In this document: positions 52,013 to 64,000 of the stretch, piece after piece
How the letters are laid out: every line of letters begins with the position of its first letter
Numbering within the stretch: the stretch's first letter is position 1
NCBI RefSeq assembly: GCF_006345805.1
Contig: NC_042998.1
Coordinates: 24,800,001 to 24,864,000 of the forward strand
Length of the DNA stretch: 64,000 bases
Direction of reading: 5' to 3'
From: Octopus sinensis
Taxonomy: Eukaryota
Made by a program: the position numbers and the translations under genes
Notes under the pieces: model-generated
The model's database searches: none
What the model saw: only the letters and a program-made list of their open reading frames with translations
Told to the model about the DNA's origin: nothing

Positions 52013-52260
52013 TTTGAACCTAAGAAGCATCAGATGTACTGTGCAAGAGAGATGACTATGCTGGTATGGCCATGTGGTGTGAAAGTGCCACACCCTAGCA
52101 GTTGAGGAAACCCGTGGAAGAGATAGACCCAGGAAGACCTGAGATGAAGTGGTGAAGCATGACCTTCGAACATTGGGCCTCACTAAGGCAATGACTAGTG
52201 ACTGGGACTTTGGAAATATGCTGTGCTTGAGAAGACTCAGCAAGCCAAGTGAGACCATAA
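52013..52260 (+). pseudogene. RTE LINE ORF C-terminal fragment
   Basis: LRSIRCTVQER*LCWYGHVV...RGRDRPRKT*DEVVKHDLRTLGLT, matching the RTE RRLRWxGHV and RGRGRPRKTW motifs. Confidence 0.8.
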
Positions 52261-53125
52261 TATTATTATTATTATTATTATTAGCAGTGTCTAATGCATT
52301 TAAAATCATTTCTTTGATTTTTCAGGTTGCTGTTTATTCAAATGATTGATGAAAAGAAGCAGCATGACACTATAGAAGAAAAAATATTCTCTTACATCAA
52401 ATTATTAGTCATTGATATTTATTTGATTGATTATTAAACCTATGAGAAATTATAGCAATCCATTCAAATGTTAGCAACACAGTATGTGACATATTTGTCC
52501 AAACCATCTAAGTGTTCAAAAACTACATTTTTTTCTATATGTAGTTCACTTCTCAGAATGTAGCAACATATGGTAAATCCCTTGTGTGGAACATAAACTA
52601 TTTTTACAATTGCTGTTGGTCAATTCTTCAATAAGTGTTGTTAGCAATGTTTAAAAGGCTTCAACAATTGCAATCTTTGTTCATAATTGTAAGGGACTGT
52701 AATAGTATATTATACCTCATCTCTTCTGGAGACAAAGATCACAGAATATATAAACACTAGTCCCTTCATACTTTTGTGCATTTTATACCAAAAAAAAAAA
52801 AAATTATACCTAAAAAGAATGAAGATGTCATGTGATTTTTATGCAAATGGAGGAATAGATTATGTGTTCTGCGAATAACATAGTAACAGATGTGTGATGC
52901 ATTTTTATGGTTCTGCTTTTGTCCTTTTAGTAGCCAATCAAATTTCATTTGCTGATCGTATTTCAATACTATGAATGCTTGTTTCTAATAAATTGTCACG
53001 CAATTTCTCTCCGACATTTGCCTGAATATATGGCAACCTAAAAGTCAGAATATTTGTTGAATTAACTTCATCTTTTAACACACAATCACAGACATACTTA
53101 CACATATGCACAAAATGCACACATT

Positions 53126-53173
<48 letters not shown>

Positions 53174-53224
53174 TACACGCACACATATATATATATATAC
53201 ATACATACACGTGCAAACACACAC

Positions 53225-53440
53225 ATTTCACCTTTGGAATATCATTTATTTCGATTCCAACAAAATTCTCTTAATAGGAAGAACTTCAATGTTTTGGAAG
53301 ACTGTAAAATCACTTTGACCAGTTCATGACCCAGGAAGATGCCAAATTCTGGGAGGATAGAATTATGAAACTCCTTCAAAGATAGCAAAACGTAGGGGAA
53401 CAAAATGTGACATGTGCGATTGAATACTTAAAACAACAAT
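53225..53440 (+). pseudogene. Mariner transposase C-terminal remnant
   Basis: YHLFRFQQNSLNRKNF...KFWEDRIMKL is similar to 58159-58386. Confidence 0.65.
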
Positions 53441-53553
53441 ACAAACTTTTGTTTCAGCCTTATATTCCATGGATATCACTAATAACATGAGCAAATTATA
53501 ACTGTTAACTATGTAAGTGTACCGAATGATTGCAGATGAAATTTAGAGGGATT

Positions 53554-53971
53554 ACTCTTTTACTCTTTTACTCATTTCAGTCATTTGACTGCGGCCATGC
53601 TGGAGCACCGCCTTTAGTCGAGCAAATCGACCCCGGGACTTATTCTTTGTAAGCCCAGTACTTATTCTATCGTACTCTTTTTACTGAACCGCTAAGTGAC
53701 GGGGACGTAAACACACCACCATCAGTTGTCAAGCAATGCTAGGGGGACAAACACACACACCAAACACACACACGCATATATATATATATATATATATACA
53801 TATATACGACAGGCTTCTTTCAGTTTCCGTCTACCAAATCCACTCACAAGGGTTTGGTCAGCCCGGGGCTATAGTAGAAGACACTTGCCCAAGGTGCCAC
53901 GCAGTGGGACTGAACCCGGAACCATGTGGTTGGTAAGCAAGCTACTTACCACACAGCCACTCCTGCGCCTA
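53554..53971 (-). mobile_element. SINE family C
   Basis: Full-length, little-diverged copy. Confidence 0.88.
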
Positions 53972-54301
53972 TTAACAAGAAACACATGATACAATTACTT
54001 TCCTGCTAAATTATGGCCTTCTTTGTCATATTTGTCTTTCACATAGATGCGGTAAAGATGTCACGAGGTGTTCCGGTATTTTTTCCGTGGTTGTGTTGGG
54101 TTATTGACTGCATATAAATGATGACCAACACTCATGAAGAATTTAACAGAATCTTTTATTTACTGCACATAGTATTTTACATGTTGGTCTTTGATTGAAG
54201 AATACAAGCAACAACTTATATAAATTGGGAGAGACAAACTCTATAGTTATAACAAAATATCTTGTTTGTATAACTCTATGACAGTGTTATCCCAAATGGA
54301 G

Positions 54302-54304
<3 letters not shown>

Positions 54305-54333
<29 letters not shown>

Positions 54334-54572
54334 GTTTAACGTCCGTTCTCCATGCTAGCATGGGTTGGACGGTTCGACCGGGGATCTGGGAAGCCAGAAG
54401 GCTGCACCAGGCTCCAGTCTTATCTGGCAGTGTTTCTACAGCTGGATGCCCTTCCTAACGCCAACCACTCCGTGAGTGTAGTGGGTGCTTTTTACGTGCC
54501 ACCTGCACAGGTGCAAGGCAAGGCTAGCAACGGCCACGGTCGGATTGGTGTATTTTATGTGCCACCGGCACG
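54305..54572 (-). mobile_element. Family E copy
   Basis: (CAT)n tail, conserved core and two units. Confidence 0.85.
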
Positions 54573-55554
54573 GAAGATCAAACTTAATTCATGACTGAAA
54601 ATCTGTGACTTTGTCTGCTTGGCTGGAAAATAGAAATATATGTATGAAGTAGTTAAAGAACTGTTGGGCATGTTGAATCTGCAAGTGAACAAAAAATGAG
54701 AATATGGCTGTCACAGCAATAGTTTCCAACATTCTGAAGTTTAGCCCCAAAAATTCATGATTTTTTAAAGCCTTCTTAGGACGTTTTAGAAGGGTTTAGA
54801 AGATCGAATCACAGGATGGTTTGATGCTGATTGGTCACTTAATCGGCTGATTATGTGAAATGATTATGACTAAGCCATGATTTTTACTCGGCTATTTCAG
54901 CAATTCAGCTCCAAGTCCACTACAAATATAAAGCAAATGCATATGTATAAGGTGTACCAAAATATTTTGAGGCCCGAAATTGTCATTGTGAACACATTTG
55001 TTTCCAGGAAAACTACATCTTCTATTATTGGCAGACACTAAAATAACAACACATAAAAGTTCTTTCACTTTTTCTCTGCAAAATCACTTCTGACAAAATA
55101 AATACGATCACTTCACAGAGCCCTGGAAAAGAGCATTAATATTTTTTACCAATATTTTCTTTAATCATAACAAATACGAAAATATGATTAGTTATTTGAA
55201 GATTTTCAAAAGAGACGGTAAACAACAGATATTTCTCTCTCAAACACTTTATCTCTTTCTCCTCTCTTCCTCCCCGTATGAGGCAGGGACAGAAAGGCCT
55301 CGTGAAAATATCTGTTCCGATCTGGCTATTTCTTACTGACGAATTTAAGGGCCTATGGAAGATTGGCTTGATTTAATTTAAGGTTAGTTTACCATTAAAC
55401 AGTAGATGAAACGGTGCATCGTATAAGAAATTACAGGGTAAATGTTTTTTAATTTTCTCCTGGTTTACGGAATTAATGTTATTTTGCGGTTGAAGCTTTG
55501 GCTGTTATTTCTAGTGGGTGAATGGCCTATTATGGCCGTTCCTTGATTGTGATG

Positions 55555-55588
<34 letters not shown>

Positions 55589-55649
55589 AATATATATGTA
55601 TAATGTAGCCATATACATATACACACAAACTTCTCTTTTTAATTATTCA

Positions 55650-55990
55650 AATTCTTCCTCTGAAGAAGAAGCTGGTTTCTAACAGAGATACAAAGCTCCA
55701 TTGTTGGAATGTAGATAGCGCAAACAATATCACATTTTAAACTTGAGAAAAGTCTTGCATATTTTCACTGTTTCCCTTATAAATTGTATTTGTAATGAGA
55801 AAGTCCATTGATTTCCCTTTTAAAAACCCTAGCTTATTCAATTGTCACTCAGGCATTTACTCACAAAACTCAAGCGCACAAATTATTATTGGTATAAATG
55901 TGAATTTATAATCCAGATATAGAAACTAGAGGTTTCGAAGCAGTTGTCCATAATTATCATCTTTCTCTCTGATGATCTTAAACTTAAAGA
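55650..55990 (-). pseudogene. R4/Dong-like remnant related to 31920-32030
   Basis: ATGTGAATTTATA...GGTTTCGAAGCAGTTGTCCA aligns with 31953-32005. Confidence 0.5.
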
Positions 55991-56949
55991 ATGCATAGGA
56001 AAGTATTAATGATGCATATTGCTTGATAAGAGCCAAATATATGTAAGCTATTTGCAAATTAAGGTGGTGAGCTCATAAAATCATTAGCACGTCACTTAGC
56101 GGTTCGGCAAAAAGAGACCGATAGAATAAGTACTGGGCTTACAAAGAATAAGTCCCGGTGTCGATTTGCTCGACTAAAGGCGGTGCTCCAGCATGGCTGC
56201 AGTCAAATGACTGAAACAAGTAAAAGAGTAAAAGAGTAAAGAAAAAGAACAGTCTGGAATGTGTAGAATAAATGAAGATAACACCAAACAATCATAAGAT
56301 TACATGGTAAAAAAATATTTGTTCAATATTTGGAGCAGTAACATGCACATGTTGAGGCTGAAGTCCAAAATAATTGAAGTGGCTGAAACACAAACAAAAG
56401 AATTCTTAAATAAAGAACTGAGTCCTAGTTTTAGAAATTTTCATAAGATGAAAAACTGAAGATAATGGATACAAATCCAAATATTAAGCAAGAGACACAA
56501 ATCAAAAGACAATATGAAACTGCACTCAGATGATGTAGGCTCATGTACAAAGAGAAGAAAGAAAAATCGAGATAAATAATTATTTTATAATACTTAGGAA
56601 AGGATAAAATGGTTTTTGCATAAACTGATCAGAATCAATAGACACGTGTATCATAAAACTTCATCCAATGTGCTTATTTTCTTCTTTTGCACTCATTTTA
56701 ATATTTTTTGCCATAAGCTGTTTTGGATAATTAAAAATGTAATATTTTTTGAAGTCTAGACATCGATTGATGGTTCTTTTTATACTTATGTATTTGAATG
56801 CTGCAGTGATAGTGCACCATGCAGTACCTTCCTTACTCGGTGTATTCTTATATCTTCTATATATAGATGTGTCTGTGCATGGGTGTGTGTGTGTATATAC
56901 AGATACACACACACACATACACACACAGATATAAAGAAAAAAGATGGAC

Positions 56950-57456
56950 AAATAATTATAGATGACAGGGTAACTTAATATATGTTACACATGCATATTC
57001 ATGTTACAGAAAGGAAGGTAATCCTTGACAGTTGTTTCAAAGATTTAGTTTGATGCTGCAATGCATATTATGAGAAGGACAAAATCAATGAATGCCTTCA
57101 CTACACATATGCTAAATCTAACATACAAAATATGTGGCATCTTAAAATGAGAACTGTTCCTGTTATTGTACCCTTGCTATAATAAAAAAGGGATGTCAGA
57201 AACATCTAGGTGAGCTCCCAGGAGAACCATGTCTCAGAGAAATCCATTGTGCTGACAAGTACTGCCCACATCCTTAGAAAAACCTTAATCCATTTAAATG
57301 TCTGTATTGTATTACATGAAGATACTTCACTACCTCCCCTCCCCAAGCTTTCAGTCATATTGTGACATCTCTTATCCTTCACTCACCCCAGGACACTGGG
57401 TGTGTCTCAGCAAGTGACTGTAACATGCATGCAGATTAAAAGTAAAAATAATAATC

Positions 57457-57490
<34 letters not shown>
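56950..57490 (+). pseudogene. R4/Dong-like LINE 3' end with (TAA)n tail
   Basis: MWHLKMRTVPVIV...LPGEPCL...IVLTSTAHILRKTL, a typical RLE-element C-terminus. Confidence 0.65.
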
Positions 57491-57491
<1 letters not shown>

Positions 57492-57718
57492 CCTTTCTAT
57501 TATAGGTACGAAGCCTGAAATTTGAGGGATGGGATTAGTCGATTATATTGACCTCAGTGTTTCACTGGTACTTAATTTATCGACCCTGAAAAGATGAAAG
57601 GTAAAGTAGACCTCATCAGAATTTGAACTCAGAATGCATCATCAGGCGAAATACTACTAAGCATTTCATCCAGCGTGCTAATGATTTTGTGAGCTCACCA
57701 CCTTAAATAATTATAATG

Positions 57719-57753
<35 letters not shown>

Positions 57754-58058
57754 AATGGTACAAAGCTAGTAACTTCAAGGGGAGGGGTAGGTTGATTACA
57801 TTGACTCCAGGGTTCAACTAGTAGTTATTTGAAATGCAATTGTAAAATGCCCAATAATTGCCCTTTGAATCATCAAATCTTGTGATATAATATCATTTGT
57901 AAAAGTGCTGTCCATAGATACTAAAATTCAATCAAAATCTCACAGAGTCACCTTCTTATTATAATAATTTACTTGGGACGTATTAATTTGTTCTCTAATA
58001 TTAGGCACAAAACCTAATTTGCAGGCAATTTATATCCTTCATCTCAAGGCTTATAATA

Positions 58059-58624
58059 CTGGATTGTCCAGAAAGTTCATGCCGATTTTTAAAGGAAAGA
58101 AAAAGGTCAATAAATACTTGCCATTACATTTTTAATCAACCAAATATGAACCATTTTGTTACACAATGTGTCTCCATCTTTCCTTTAACTTGAAAATACC
58201 CTCTTCCCAGAATTGAGGTGGTTTCATGGCAAAGAATTCATCAAGGTATCTTTTTATGTCATCCAAGGAATTGAAATTTTTACCATTAAGACTATTCTGC
58301 AGAGACCTGAATAAGTGGAAATCCGAAGAAGCAATATCTGGTGAATATGGAGGGTGGGGTAACACATCCCAGTCAAGCTGCAGCAATTTTTGTCTGGATC
58401 CGGAAGCATCAAGTGCCGAAAATGAACTTTCTTATCTTCCATTTTAAAGGTTTACAGAATTAACACAGGTTATAGGAACATAAACCTTCTTCCACGAAAA
58501 GATAGCTTAAACTGTGCTCTAAATGGAAGTGTAGTCAAATCCTATTTTATGGACTCAACCATGTTCTAAAATAAGTCAAAAAATAAGCTACTATAAACCG
58601 GCACGAACTTTCCGGACAACACAA
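58059..58624 (-). mobile_element. Internally deleted mariner element
   Basis: Imperfect TIRs (TTGTCCRGAAAGTTCRTGCCG) with TA flanks; MEDKKVHFRHLML joined to WDVLPHPPYSPDIASSDFHLFRSL. Confidence 0.9.
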
Positions 58625-60114
58625 TATTTTCTATAACATCTTCTGGTCTGTAGTTAAGACTGGAAAACCATGTCAGGATGGTTGCACAGCATGTAGTTTG
58701 TGCAGTAGAAAATCTCCTGAAATCTTACACAAGAATAAGGGCCTTCTTAATAAACAGTGTAATATAACAACATTCTGCAAGCAGAGATTTTTCAAGATAT
58801 TTTCCTTTTACCAAACATACATGTGTATATGAGTGTGTGTGTATATATATCATCATCATCATCATCATCGTTTAGCGTCCGTTTTCCATGCTAGCATATA
58901 TATATATATATGTGTCTGGATTTTATGAGTTAGGGAAATAAGGTGAAATGCAATGGAATGAAAAGAAGATTCATCAGCACAGCAGTAGATTAGGATTTTG
59001 CATGACATCCTAAAGGTATATTATGTGAATATGTATATAAAGCTAGATTTGGAGAAACAGAAAATAGCTAGAGTAATTAAAATAGCGAAGGGGAGATAAG
59101 CAGAAAGGAAATATAGTTAAGGTTGTAATAAAGCATAGAGATTAAAATTAGCAAGTTTAGTTCTTTGGAAATAACTGAATGTGGCTGATAATTGGTTAGG
59201 GTTGAAATTGCTTTTCAAATAGAGTTTAAAAATTAAAATAAGTATTGAAAAAATATGGAAAATGAAAACTAAGAAAATTATAGCTAAAGAAATAAAGACA
59301 CAAAATAAAATTTAAGAAATAAAAATTAAAAATTTAAGATGAAAGATCAAAATGAGATTTAAAAAATATTAAAAAGTGAAAAGGATTAGAATTGTCTAAG
59401 ATTGCCAAGATTAAAAAAGAACAAAAAAATAAATATTTAGAAATTAAAATTAATAATAAAATTTAATAAAAAATTCTAGATAAAAACAAGGTTTAATTTC
59501 TGTATTTAAAGTTTAGATATTAACTTTTGAATATTAAAGCTTGAATATAAAACCTTAGCCTGAAATTTCAAGCTTTTTGTTTAACAGAGTTTCTTATTTT
59601 AAACATGTTTAACATAAAATTGTACAGATTGTAAAGATCATACTGGTTTAAAGAATGGGGTAATATAGGGATTATAATATAGGGATTATAATATGGGGAT
59701 TATGATTGCTTACAGAGAAGGCCAGGTGAAACATTTCAATAATACAAGCATATGAATGTAACAGGATATGAGAATATGAAGATACAAAATATGCAAAAAG
59801 GAAAAATTATGATGTAGAAATATTTGTTTCAAATTTTGGCACAAGGCCAGCAATCTTGATGGAGGGCAATAAGTTGATTATAATGCCCTCTAAGTGTTCT
59901 TGGTCCCTGTTTTACTACTTTGCTTTTCTGTAAGCTTGAAAACCTCTAGTCATTCTTGGACAAATTATATGATGATTAATATCTACAGAGAAACCTTTAG
60001 AAAAAAAAAAGGCAATAAATAAGAGCTCTTTCCTCTTTCCCAAAAGGATGAAAGACAGAGTTGACCAAAGAGGAATTGGAATTGACAATGGAAAGATAGA
60101 TAAAATGCCACTAC

Positions 60115-60775
60115 ATAGGTGTAGGAGTAGCTGTGTGGTAAGAAGCTTGCTTCTTACCAACGGTGGCGAGCTGGCAGAAACGATAGCACGCCAGGCAAAA
60201 TGCTTAGCAGTATTTCGTGTGCTGCTACATTCTGAGTTCAAATTTCGCCAAGGTCAACTTTGCCTTTCATCCTTTCGGGGTTGATTAAATAAGTACTAGT
60301 TAAGCACTGGGGTCGATATAATCGACTTAATCCCTTTGTCTGTCCTTGTTTGTCCCCTCTGTGTGTAGCCCCTTGTGGGCAGTAAAGAAATAAGAAGCTT
60401 GCTTCCCAACCACATGGTTCCGGGTTCAGTCCCACTGCGTAGCACCTTAGGCAAGTGTTTTATACTATAGCCTCAGGCCAATCAAAGCCTTGTGAGTGGA
60501 TTTGGTAGATGGAGATTGAAAAGGGCCCGTCATATATATATATATATATGTATATATGTATATATGTGTTTGTGTGTCTGTGTTTGTACCCTCACCGTCG
60601 CTTGACAACCGATGTTGGTGTGTTTACATCCCCGAAACTTAGCAGTTCAGCAAAAGTGACCGATAGAATAAGTACTAGGCTTACAAAGAATAAGTCCTGG
60701 GGTCGATTTGTTCGACTAAAGGCGGTGTTCCAGCATGGCCACAATCAAATAACTGAAACAAGTAAAAGAATAAAG
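60115..60775 (+). mobile_element. SINE family C containing nested family D (60161-60390)
   Basis: TAAGAAGCTTGCTTC is duplicated on both sides of the D copy. Confidence 0.85.
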
Positions 60776-60978
60776 GAATATACATATTGCCTGGCATGCT
60801 AATGACTCTGCCAGCTTGCCTAAAAATACATAAATATCTAAAAAATACAGTCAGGGGACCATAGAAAACTATAGACCAGGGAAGGGCAACTTGTCATCAA
60901 CTGGGGTCCCAGATCATACCATTTCCAAGTGGGAGAGGGCTGCATGATAAAACACATGCATGAAATATTACTTGACCA

Positions 60979-61110
60979 TACAGTTCTATATTTAAGAGAT
61001 GAGGAATTATGTACATTATTTATATTATTTACATCTGATGGATGTTTGTCCTCATCTTGTTTGTTGGTAACACAACATTTTGGCTGATATACCATCCAGC
61101 CTTCATCAAG
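60979..61110 (-). mobile_element. 3' part of the tRNA/hammerhead composite element
   Basis: Reverse complement aligns with 13995-14126. Confidence 0.75.
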
Positions 61111-61270
61111 AAGTAACTGTTACTTTCTCAGATGCAGCACGGAATTTTGTCAGTGACGAAAATATTTTGGCAAATTAAATTTAAATGTTGAAGTGAATCT
61201 AATGGTTTTTATGTGTTTCTTAAATGGCTTATAAACACCTACCACGCTGCAATTGTTTATATATACGCAC

Positions 61271-61306
<36 letters not shown>

Positions 61307-61599
61307 ATGTATCTCTTTCTACCTATCTATCAATCTATATATATATATAGTTAATCCAAACAAGAAAGCACAAAAAAACACAACAACGCGAGGACGTGGA
61401 ACAAATATAGTATTATTAGACGCTCAGGATAGAAGGAAACATAGGAGTAGGAAAGATTCAGAGAAGGGAAGACAGAGGGAAAAAAAATCGCCAACGGTAC
61501 ACATGCGGTCACAGATATAAAAAAATAATAAGCATGCGTAACACTGGTAATAAATTATTTAAATTTTTTACTCTCATAATTTACACTGTATATATACAT

Positions 61600-62008
61600 C
61601 TCTTTTTACTCTTTACTCTTTTACTTGTCAGAGTCATTTAACTGTGGCCATGCTGGAGCACCACCTTTAGTGGAGCCAATCGACCCCAGGACTTATTCTT
61701 TGTAAGCCTAGTACTTATTCTATTGATTTCTTTTGCCAAACCGGTATGTTACGGGGATGTAAACACACCAGCATCAGTTGTCAAGCGATGTTGGACACAG
61801 ACACACACACACACACACACTCACATATATATATAATATATGCGACAGGCTTCTTTCAGTTTCCATCTACCAAATCCACTCACAAGGCTTTGGTTGGCCC
61901 ACGGTTATAGTAGAAGACACTTGCCCAAGGTGCCATGCAGTGGGACTGAACTTGGAACCATGTGGTTGGTAAGCAAGCTACTTACTACACAGCCACTCCT
62001 ATGCCTAT
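61600..62008 (-). mobile_element. SINE family C
   Basis: Full-length homologue. Confidence 0.85.
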
Positions 62009-62286
62009 AATTATTAATAAATAATTATAACAGAGGATACTCAAATACCAACCTGCTAGAAATAAGAGTGAAAATACTCAAACAAGTTCTTAGCTCTTAT
62101 TTCTAGCTCTTATTTCTTCACATACCCTCTCTTATCCTTACTTGTTAATTATAAAATTTTATTGATTAGCCAATTAACGGCATTATTGCTTGCTGCCCAC
62201 TAATATCATTATCAATTTTATCATCATCATCATCATCATCGTCATCGTCGTCGTCATCGTCATCATCATCACCATAATTATTGTTA

Positions 62287-62329
<43 letters not shown>

Positions 62330-63179
62330 ATATATTTACTGCTGATGATAATAATACTAGTAATATTTATGTGAATATTCATTTGAATATTTACTCATTT
62401 ATATATATATATATAAAATAAAATATAGCGGCGTACGTACACTTTGTTCTCTTATACACACACACACACACACATACACACACACACACACGCACTCACA
62501 CACACTTCTTATTTTATAGATTTTACCAAACATCAATTAAATAGGAACACTCATTGAATTGATTTCAACCAACTAGTGCAGATACAGTCATGTGCTTATG
62601 CCATGTACTTTTACCAATTTTTCTAGCATACTTTGAAATTATGTCCAATCTGGTCATGTTTATTAAATTGTCATAACTGTATTAATGAGAATATCGTGAT
62701 ATATCTGTCTTCTTCGGCAAAAATAGTCATGCATTTCTTATCAATCTAAAGTTGTTTGATTTCAGTGCTCCACTTCAAAACTTAGTATACCTTTAAATCG
62801 ATTGCTAGAAGTGTTTAAAATATTGACAACCTGGTTCTGTCTATTAATATGTAGTTCTTAGTGGCTTACATTGCCTATGTGATTTTGTTATAAATAAATC
62901 TACGAATAAAATGTTCTTTTAAAACATAAAGTAGCAACTGCATACGTTGTCCTATGACCTGACTTGATGTTGCACATTCTCCACTCTAGTAAACAAGGCA
63001 TAAGTAGGCTGTACAATAATTATATTATAAATGTGTCTATTTGGAAGGAGGAAAAACTCTTTATATGAAGAACTACATAATTTTCTCCTTCAAACAGTTC
63101 TAGCATCAGAAAGTAAATATTTCGAAAATATCAGATTTAGTGTTGTTGCATCTTGAGAGGTTCATTACTTGTTTGTTTG

Positions 63180-63443
63180 TTCCTCATAAGGGCTGGTTTC
63201 CTGGTTTCCTTGGCATATAGGTTCCCCACCTGAATGGAACGCCGGTTCGTCGCAGGTGAGCTGCAAGATTCAGGAGGAAAGACTGAGAGAAAGTTGTGGC
63301 AAAAGAGTCAGCAGAAGTTTCGCCATTACCTTCTGCTGGAGCCGCATGGAGCTTAGGTGTTTCAGTCATAAACACACACATCATCCGGTCTGAGAGTTGA
63401 ACCTGCAAGTCAGCTGCTCTAACCACTAGGCCATGTGCCTCCA
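63180..63443 (-). mobile_element. SINE, head A / tail X
   Basis: Reverse complement aligns with 1162-1435. Confidence 0.8.
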
Positions 63444-64000
63444 CTGATTTAACATCACTTCTTTATTGTTAAGTCAATTAGTTAAATATCTAACCAATTA
63501 ACTGATCATTTATTTGTTAGTTGGTTAGTTATTTAACCAGCTGACTAACAACAGAGAAGTGATACTGAAGCAGTGTATGTGTTATTATTATTATTATTGG
63601 TTTGATGACCGTCCCAAGACATTAGATTTGTTTCAATACATGAATTCACATCAAGAATCTAACAAATCAAATACAAAAAGGATAAAGGAATTTGAAAGAA
63701 AATGCCATAGCAACTACTGAGGAATTATATGTTAACTCTGTTTTGTGTAGTATATGCACTACCTTCTTCAACAAGTCTCATTCTCTCATTCTGTATTATT
63801 TATGATTCTGTGATATGGTGCCAAAGATAATCTGACAATGGCAACGCAATTTACTTCATCATATAAACAATTTGGGGACCAAGAGTCTCGTATTTGGCTA
63901 GTGAAAGAATATAAGGATTAGAAATTACTTGTTTTCAATTGACTTGATAAAATTCTTACAAACTAGAACATGTCAGAGACAGCAAAGCACCAGAATCTCA

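Noticed and set aside
58915-59700. Second NUMT (rRNA/tRNA region)
   Set aside because: The composition is suggestive, but I could not recognise any mitochondrial rRNA, tRNA or protein motif.

Overview
AT-rich, microsatellite-dense animal DNA, very probably from an octopus or other coleoid cephalopod (mollusc-type ND6 NUMT, repeat landscape). I found no intact host gene, and almost all listed ORFs are artefacts of microsatellites or SINEs. Retroelements present: several tRNA-headed SINE families, 3' ends of an RTE LINE with a 67-bp hairpin-unit array, two young CR1 LINE fragments, three tandem Tx1-like fragments within (GATA)n, and R4/Dong-like and RTE fossils. DNA transposons present: hAT (Buster-type), pogo and mariner remnants, three non-autonomous Helitrons and a Merlin-like foldback MITE. 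The least expected signal is a set of at least five unrelated minimal type-I hammerhead-ribozyme-like motifs, most with non-canonical cores. They lie in short non-coding elements at TA-rich sites, several with inverted-repeat structure, and one is fused to a tRNA-derived Pol III head. All family assignments come from motif recognition by eye, not database searches. Repeat boundaries are approximate unless a TSD is quoted.
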